From Octopus sinensis (lineage: Eukaryota): DNA of 64,000 nt. This document shows, in pieces, positions 54,831-64,000 of the stretch (positions are counted from its first letter, which is position 1; each line of letters starts with the position of its first letter). The stretch lies in NCBI RefSeq assembly GCF_006345805.1, contig NC_043002.1:64356001-64420000 (forward strand). Direction: 5' to 3'. The notes below the pieces were generated by a model. It ran no database searches, was not told the DNA's origin, and worked only from the letters and a program-made list of their open reading frames with translations. The translations under genes were made by a program, and so were the position numbers.

Positions 54831-55228
54831 AAAATGGTAGTCCACGAAAATAGGACCAATGTTGCCGTTGATTAGCTCCAAGTGGCCAATCCATTACAAC
54901 ATTCGAACAGGGGAGGTCAGCAGCTTCCACTTGCTGGTTCAACAACCACAGACTATTTTCGGGCTATTTGCTCCAATTTGGAGTAGCCGAACCCAGCAGG
55001 CGTCACTGCTGACCGTCTGTTCGAAGGTTTATTTACCTATATTCCGTGGAATACATCCACTGGTTTTCAAAAATAGAAATATTACAATTTCTGAATCTCC
55101 CTAAAGGAGACTACGGCAGCATTCGTCCTATTTTTCTGGACTGCCATGTTAGATTGGTAATAACTATTAATATCCAGTACTGCTGCTGTAGTCTCCTCTA
55201 GAGAGATTTAGAAATATGAATTTCTATT
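54831..55228. repeat. Nested/overlapping inverted repeats between (TA)n tracts
   Basis: Pairs: 54831-54868/55113-55150, ~54900-54950/~54990-55027, 55072-55121/55181-55228. Confidence 0.8.
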
Positions 55229-55239
55229 AGATATATATA

Positions 55240-55342
<103 letters not shown>

Positions 55343-57165
55343 TATATTATATATATTAGATAGATAGACAAACCGGAGAAGAGAGACGATGTAATGTTCT
55401 GTAATAAAAATCAACTTGGATAAGGATTCACCATTGTTTCTTACTTTTTCAGTATTGATTGTTTTAAATTTTGCGACATGTGTTGCTTTTATTAGTTTTA
55501 CTCAAGCACGAAGAAATTTGACAAAAACGAAATTATTTTATGTATACTCTATATCTTGCTATTTTTGGGCCACAGTGGCAAAGTTTTACTTCCAAAGTTA
55601 CTCATCATATGGCAGATAATATTTTATATAGATTTGATATTTAATCAGTCCACCTCATGTAATGTAAACAACATAACTAATAGCGATCTATAATTCTGTA
55701 AAATGATTTCTCGCTGGTAATTGTCTCACCACTTCATTCAGAACAAAGAATAATTCACAACGGCTCAATGAATGAATTTATTCCTGATGAGCTTTTTCGC
55801 AATTGGGCAGTTGCCAATCACCACTGTCAAAATTTACCTTCAGAGAAAAGAGAAATTGATAGTCATTTCATTTATATGATTGATATGTAATAATACCTAT
55901 CTTGTGATCCGTTATTTTTTTTTTTGTTATTCACCACAGCTCTGTATTTTGTACTTTTTTTCCACACCTCCTTTATTCAGACGTATTTGAAATATGCTAG
56001 AGAATTGTGCAGTTTTTGTGATGGGGAGTCTTTTTCACAGGTGCCAGTTACTTTTCGAATAAATGACATGGAATTATAGTAGGTGTTTGCAGGACTATCT
56101 GCAGAAAATAAAAAACAGCAATTTCTAGGAAATTTCATTTGAGGTCCTCAGCAATTCCGTCATGTTTTACTTACTCAAATTTTCCATTACAAAATTTAGT
56201 GTCACTGAATATATTGTACATTTACATTTAGCTTTGTTTTGCATATATCTTGTTCAAAATTTTTTAGTGGGTATCTGGAAAATATCTGCTAATCATGTAG
56301 TAAGCCTATTTTGGCACAGGCGTCATATGTTTACATATAACATATTTTTTATCCTATTTTCTATTGGCGAGCAATTATTAGATAAAAGATTCACATTGCA
56401 ATTAACGATCTTATTAATTACTGAAGTAATTCTCCTCAACTAATTACACTGCAGGACGCACTTAATGTAGGGAACCAAAAGTGTTTGATAATAATGAGGA
56501 ACTTAATTTTTGGTTTTGCAGAATGGGATGATATTTGGGTTTCGTAGATTCAAATTACGTTAAAGACATACGAAGCAAGAGGATGGATATGAGACGATTT
56601 GACTGTTAGTCACATTCCGGAATTAATAACTGATCATATTTGTCAATTTTCAGAGAAACTGGGATGTCGCGCATTTCTGATATTCACCCATATAAGTATA
56701 ATTTCTCCACATGATAATATTATATTATTAAATGAACTCTCTATTTGTACAACGATCGTTCATGTGTCCGTGTTATATCTTTCCTTAACCCAGAGTACAA
56801 TCTCTGTGAAAGAATTGATTGATATACCCGATTAAATGGGTTTTCTTTCAACCAATGCGCCTAGTTGGATAAATATGTGAAATATTGAAAGATTAAAGAT
56901 GTTTTCAGCATTTCTGAAAGGGTTAGCATCGTCAACAAAGTTATTTACTTTCAATAAAAAGAAATATATACACGCACAGACATACAAACTTTTGTCTGTG
57001 AAAGTATGTGTGTGTGTATATATATATATATAATATATATATATATATTCGATCACTCTCTTGTGGGTTGCAGATGTCTATACAGATATAATATGTTACA
57101 TATTATAAACATAAGTAGACACGTATGCAGTCACGAACGACTATGATACATATGTTTGCATACAT

Positions 57166-57251
<86 letters not shown>

Positions 57252-57330
57252 CATACACACATACAAAGATAAGTGTGTGTGAGAGCGCGTGTGTTTAAAT
57301 ATATATTTGTATATATATATATTATATATA

Positions 57331-57368
<38 letters not shown>

Positions 57369-57847
57369 GTCTGCGTCAGTGCGTTTGTGCTAATATATAC
57401 GCATATATGTATGGCTGTGTGCCTCTGTGCTTGTGTTTACCGGCGTGCGTGCTTAAATCTTTATATATCTTACTGGAAAAGGAATTTATCTTTGTTGATC
57501 GACTCCCACTGGGCTGGTGATGTTTTTGGTAAATCTCCACCACTGCTAATTGTTGATAATATACTATTTCTGGATAGACTTTAGGAAGTAGATTGACCGT
57601 AGATCTGTTTGAAAAACACTTAAAATATCATATCCATTAAGCATGAAAGCCAATAGGATTTGTATCTTTTGTTGCTATACAGCTTTTTTTTGTTTCCCTT
57701 CCTTTTCTTTATTTGGAATAATATTGAAGAAGGATGGTTGTTATTTGTCTTAGCCATTATCGATATAGAAGTTTTAACTATCCGCTTTACTGATGCGTTT
57801 TTCTCTTCTGTCTATGAATTTCTAACTCTAAATGTTACTGTTTATAT

Positions 57848-57954
<107 letters not shown>

Positions 57955-57955
57955 T

Positions 57956-57997
<42 letters not shown>

Positions 57998-58258
57998 GGA
58001 CAGACATACAGATATATATATATATATATATATATATACGTATATATCTGCCGCTGTTTGTATACCTTTGTGCGCATGTGTGGGTGTTGTGAGTGTCTAT
58101 GTATGTCTATCTCTTCGTCTGTACCCACAAGTTTCGGGGAACGTCTAGCAAATTGATTGATATATTTACTTCGGGAAAGGTCAATATAGGTACACAAAAT
58201 ATATACAAGTTCATCAAGCATGCCTGTATATAGGCTTATGCGCATGTGTTTGTACATA

Positions 58259-58306
<48 letters not shown>

Positions 58307-58554
58307 GGTATCTATGCATGTATATAGTCTATAGTGTTTGTGTATATATATACTTATATATATACACATATTATATTTAGTGCAAATCGCAGCTGTTTTC
58401 TCTTGAAGAATATCTACTTATTTCGTTATTATAATCAATATTTATCCATACTTACCGTTCTATGTAAGTTGGAATGCGTATTAAAGTTGAAAATTATAGA
58501 AATGTTATCTGCAGAGTTGTTAATTAGAAATGATCGAAAATGGAAATATTTTGG

Positions 58555-58965
58555 TAGTACTCTTTTACTCTTTTACTTGTTTCAGTCATTTGACTGTGGC
58601 CATGCTGCATCACCGCCTTTAGTCGAGCAAATCGACCCCAGGACTTATTTTTTGTAAGCCTAGTGCTTATTCTATTGGTCTCTTTTGCCGAATCGCTGGA
58701 TTACGGGGACGTAAACACACCAGCATCGGTTATCAAGTGATGTTGGGGGACAAACACAGACACACAAACACACTCCTATATATACATACACATATATACG
58801 ACGGGCTTCTTTTCAGTTTCCATCTACCAAATCAACTCACAAGGCTTTGGTCGACCCAAGGCTATAGTAGAAGACACTTGCCCAAGTTGCCACGCAGTGG
58901 GATTGAACCCGGAAGCGTGTGGTTGGTAAGCAAGCTACTTACCACACAGCCACTACTGCGCCTAT
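58555..58965 (-). mobile_element. tRNA-derived SINE (family C), full length
   Basis: Collinear with 47029-47480. Head taggcgcagtagtggctgtgtggtaagtagcttg. Confidence 0.88.
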
Positions 58966-59382
58966 AACAGTCACTACATCTCCAAAAGTATTTAATCTCC
59001 ATTACCCCTATTTCATTTACTAATAGGAATTCTAAAGTTTGTCTGTTATATAGGCACGTAAGGAATTTCGTATTAGACATTCGTAAAATAGAGGAAAAGT
59101 ATTATAAGTCAAGAATGCATTTAGGTATTTATCAGGAGAATCACAAAAAATCCGCGTGAAGAAGTTAGAACGATATACATACATACTTGCGCAGACATAC
59201 ACACATATACTAAAAACCAGGTAATATTACCAAAATATATAACACTCCAATCATTTCAAGTATAAATATATATAACCCATAATATAATCCACGACCAAAA
59301 TGTATATATAAACAAATAAAGAAAAAAGAATCCCCATTAGCATGAATATACCCTAACACTCAACCATAATTATTTATTTATT

Positions 59383-59678
59383 TATGTGCCCTTTTTAAGT
59401 CTAGCCAGGCTCCTGGTACCGGTTTCTATGACGTATGTGTTCCCCCTAGCTGGACGGGACGCCAGTCCATCGCAGCGTTACTCAAGAAACAGGAAGAAAG
59501 AGCGAGAGAATGTTGGGGCGAAAGAGTACAACAGGGGTCACCCCCCCCACCTGCCAGAGCCACGTGGATCTTTGGGTGTTTTCGCTCAATAAACACTCAC
59601 AACGTCCGGTCTGGGAATCGAAACTGCGACCCTCCGACGACGAGTCCGCTGCCCTAACCACTGGGCTATTGCGCCTCC
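59383..59678 (-). mobile_element. tRNA-derived SINE (family A head, alternative 3' body)
   Basis: Head ggaggcgcaatagcccagtggttagggcagcggactcg...cgattcccagaccgg and tail (taaa)n. Confidence 0.85.
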
Positions 59679-60136
59679 ATCAACCATAACTTACATCCCG
59701 TATAATATGAATTACAGAATACTCAATACTTGAGGTATAATAGTAAAGATTGTTTGCCAACATAACATGGAAGTCCTAGTTTAGGACTAATGTTGCTAGA
59801 AATGCATAAAAATATTATCATCCTTACACCACCCATTGCTACAAAAAAAAATCTATTATACAACATTCAAGGAAAATAAAGCAAAAAAAATTACCTTAAA
59901 AATAGTAGCTAGTCATATATATATGGAAATACATAAATATAGGGCGCAAATGCCTTTAAATACAAACATACATAGAAATATATATTTTGTTATTTGCGAT
60001 TTTTACAATTTTATGATTTTACAATATTTCGTTTTTCAGTTTTACAATCAGGAAGTACCAGGTAACACAATTGAGAACTGTAGCAAAATGTTTGGATTTA
60101 TCCTTCAAATGACCTCATGTGTAGTTTGATTAATAT

Positions 60137-60722
60137 TTTATTCCTTTATACTCTAAGCACAAGACAAATGACTTTTCGGGAGGGAGTCAGTAAATTAGAT
60201 GGACCCCATTGCGCCAGTGGTACTTAATTTATCGACCCTAAAAGGATGAAAGGCAAAGTTGACCCCGGCGGAATTTGAACTCAAAACGTAGGGGCAGACG
60301 AAATACCTACTTCTTTACTACCCACAAGGGGCTAAACACAGAGAGGACAAACAATTAAAGACAAAGGGATGGAAGTCAATTATATCGACCCCAGTGCGTA
60401 ACTGGTACTTATTTAATTAACCCCGAAAGGATTAAAGGCAAATTCGACCTCGGCGGAATTTGAACTCAGAACGTAGCGACAGACGGAATACCTATTTCTT
60501 TACTACCCACAAGGGGCTAAACACAGAGAGGACAAAAAGGACAGACAAAAGGATTAAATCGATTACATCGACTCCAGTGCGTAACTGGTACGTAATTTAT
60601 CGACCGCGAAAGGATGAAAGGCAAAGTCGGCCTCGGCGGAATTTGAACTCAGAACGTAACGGCAGACGAAATACTGCTAAGCATTTCGCCCAGCGTGCCA
60701 ATCATTCGGCCAGCTCGCCGCC
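60137..60722 (-). mobile_element. Trimeric family B SINE
   Basis: Three ~183-bp units with the same architecture as 16057-16627. Confidence 0.87.
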
Positions 60723-61689
60723 TTTTTGACCTTTATTATATTGCATTAAAATGTGTTTTGTTTCTTTGTTTTAGGGACTTTTCTCCCTTCAAATGGAGTC
60801 TATTCGGACATACTTCCACATCTGTTTTCTCCTGGAAGAAATTACTTTCGATTATTGAGCATGTAATTTAAGCAAAACATCTACAAATTTCTCTCAATAC
60901 ATCGAAAACTCTCAGACACGATTCTCTTTATTTATTTCAATTTCACTGAATAAAGTCTAAATTTAATTTTTGCATTTTGCTTGTCAGGTTCTCGATGTGA
61001 ATTCGAGAGTTTACTCCAAAGTTATTGCATAGTAGGCGGGTCGTTATAGCATAGTAAGAAGACACTTGTTTATTGTAAGGAAATTAGTAAAATATCTAAC
61101 CACTTGTCTAATAATAACGAAGTGATATTGTACTAGTTCTTCAGTTATTATTATTGGCGTAATACGTGTATGTATGTTGTGTGTGTGTGTGTGTGAGTGA
61201 GAAGAGAGACTGTGTGTGTATGTATATATGTATATATATATAAATGTATACATACACAGATACGTAGATATATTACTGAAATTTACAGAAAACGAAAAGA
61301 CGAAGTCAGATGTTTAAACAATAACCAGGTGCATTTTTTGATGCTCGGGAAGGTGAAAATGTCGTTTACGTTTCAGACACCACCAAAAAAAAAACAAAAA
61401 AGAAAGAAAGATAGACATTTTTTTCCATTCCAAAGAAAAACGATTTTATTCAAACAAATATGCAACCGAAGAGTTTAAAGTACCAGTAACGATAAGGCTG
61501 TTGACTGGGAGAACACAAACATAGTTTAAATAGTAAGCTTGGTAAGAAAGAAACGTGCCTTTAAGCAGTACAAAAACAACAAAAAATGGAAGGTGCAGTT
61601 ATGTACAGAAGAAAAGCAGGACAAAAACAGCTTTATCTATCGCATTCTGACCTGGAATCGATTTTTGTAATATTTGCAAGACTCATACA

Positions 61690-61790
61690 CGCCCTGATAC
61701 CGTTGGTATCCACATATCAAATTTGAGCGACATCGGTTGGAGGATGCCCGAGATCCTAGATGACACACAGACAGACAGACAGAACGGAAT

Positions 61791-61797
<7 letters not shown>
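61690..61797 (+). mobile_element. Possible non-autonomous Helitron/Helentron-type (HINE/Lep1-like) 3' fragment
   Basis: caaatttgagcgacatcggttggagg...ccgagatcctaga-(acag)n-...tttataatat resembles the recalled caaattt..atcggtt..(ACAG)n..tttataatat layout of such elements. Confidence 0.4.
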
Positions 61798-61839
<42 letters not shown>

Positions 61840-61844
<5 letters not shown>

Positions 61845-61980
61845 CACGTCTATGAAATCCACTCACAAAGTTTGCTTGGCCCGAGGCTATAGTAGAACAC
61901 ATTTGCCCAACGTGCTACACAGTGGGATTGAACCTGAACCATGTGTTTGGTAAAGAGGTTTATTACAACACAGCCACATA
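61840..61980 (-). mobile_element. 5' part of a family C SINE
   Basis: atgaaatccactcacaaagtttgcttggcccgaggctatagtagaa...gtgggattgaacctgaaccatgtg...cacagccac. Confidence 0.75.
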
Positions 61981-62594
61981 TATATTTTGGAATTTGTGTA
62001 AATGCATACATTTATTATCTATATGCGCCTACATTCATACTTAACAAGATACACACACTTACACAGTCATACAAACGTATGTATTAACAGACAGAGGAGC
62101 ACAAACACGCACACACACACATCCACGGACACATAGTTACACAAATTTATATATGATAACTGAAGCCCAATAACAAGATCGTGATTGGAGAAGAGTGTTC
62201 GTAATATTTAAAGATTATCCTCAAAAGTATCATCGTCTTCGTCATCATCTTTGTTGAAGTCGCCATTATCAATATATTTGCCTCGAAAATTATTTTACTT
62301 TAACTTTCCGTATCTTCATCACAAATATCGTCATTATTACGAAAATTACACTTATAGAAATGATTACTATGTTTTCATGTGACATTGTTAACATATTGAA
62401 CAACTTTACGAAACAGAGAGCAGCTGCTTTCAAATGTTTGTTCGCATATAAGCAAAGAAAACCTTGTATGGAGAATATTTCATTTTGGGTCTGGAAGTGG
62501 ATTTCTACCATCAACTAAAATGAATTAATCTCAAGAACGTGGTATACTGCCTTATATATCCTTCATTAGATGTGAAACTGTATAACTACATTAC

Positions 62595-62625
<31 letters not shown>

Positions 62626-62690
62626 TGTGTGTGCGTGCGTGCGTTTGGAAATGGAAAGAGGAAGATTAGATTTGAGTGTATATATACATA

Positions 62691-62752
<62 letters not shown>

Positions 62753-63060
62753 CGTACATACAGGCTTGCATACTTACATACATACAATATATGAATGTAT
62801 GTATGTGCGTATTTAGTAGCAAAAAGAGTGACTCAGGGGAACGACTGTTTCGCGCCATGACATGTATGAAATTAATTTCATATCGAAGCATTCGATTAAT
62901 ACGCGCACCCCGAAGTTTTGTGTCAATCTGTTACTTCTGCTAAATATTGATAAAACTAAATATATATATACACATATATATATGTGTGCGTGTGTGCGTG
63001 TGTCTTATATATATATATATTATATATATATATATGTATGTATGTATGTGTGTGGTTGTG

Positions 63061-63095
<35 letters not shown>

Positions 63096-63141
63096 ATATA
63101 TATATATATAGATAGATAGATAGATAGATACACAACCACAC

Positions 63142-63172
<31 letters not shown>

Positions 63173-63860
63173 TATATGCATTTATTCCTATGCACACATA
63201 CATATGCTTATCACAGTAAGGTGGTTTTAACACATATCATACTGCATGAACTCAGGGTTGCATAAATTGCCGTTGCATGCTGTACACTACCATAGGTAGA
63301 TGCGAGAATTCCTTTTCTACATTGCATGAGGTAATTGCATTCTAGAAGCCAATTCCTCCCCGCTCCGGTCTATTCTGCCAGTTGAGTGCTCAGATGATTC
63401 TCATTATATATTCGCGAAACCTATATAAATCTCAATTATTCCATGGCGAAATATATCTCACGTTTAGCAAATATGCTCGAGTTTGAGGATGTTGTATTTC
63501 CTACATACAGATTCCTCACCCTTGTAGTTCAATTTCTTTTAATATACAGCAATCGGAAACTAGCGCGATGTCAAAATAAGAATAAGGCATAATATATTTG
63601 ATTGTATATGAAACCAAACTTGTGGCTGAGTGGTTAGAAAGCACGTTTAGGGAGTATATATTGTTGTGTTCAGTCTTAGGTGCAATGCGCGTCATAATGA
63701 TAAATGTGACTTCTACACTCTCACTGAGATTCGTGAGGGAATTTGATTGAGGGAAACTTTGGGTAGCCTGAATAAACTTAACGGTAAATCTAACTCATTT
63801 TCTCGTAGTCATATAATCCAGTGAAACTTTTCAGCTGACATGTATATATATATACATACA

Positions 63861-63935
<75 letters not shown>

Positions 63936-64000
63936 TGTGTGTGTGGTGTGTGTGTGTGTATGTATATATAAATATGCATTTATATATATATATATCTATC

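Noticed and set aside
55784-55830. CTGATGA box as a hammerhead or snoRNA
   Set aside because: No matching GAAA/stem II and no terminal stem or D box could be supported.
59600-59678. tRNA-like sequence as a tRNA gene
   Set aside because: It is the head of a SINE, continues into a SINE body and has no complete acceptor stem.

Overview
AT-rich eukaryotic non-genic or intronic DNA packed with microsatellites and retroelements. The SINE families and LINE content look like an Octopus (cephalopod) genome; that assignment is from recall, not a search. No intact protein-coding gene, rRNA, tRNA or CRISPR array can be supported, and most ORFs in the track are translated microsatellites. The dominant structure is a ~20 kb cluster (about 22.9-43.4 kb) of eight decayed R4/Dong-clade non-LTR retrotransposons (RT + CCHC finger + restriction-like endonuclease). 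They come from several divergent subfamilies, all lie on the minus strand, and nearly all ends abut (TAA)n-type microsatellites. Five of them share a small covarying 3'-UTR stem-loop (CCUAGG-N13/14-CUCGG consensus) and a sixth has a variant. The window also holds Penelope-type material: an RT fragment, a degenerate minimal hammerhead ribozyme, a 165-bp palindrome that is a head-to-head duplication of a hammerhead, and a partial-tandem 778-bp repeat. There are several tRNA-derived SINEs and a ~2.3 kb fold-back with a SINE inserted in one arm. Coordinates were read by eye and may be off by a few bases.
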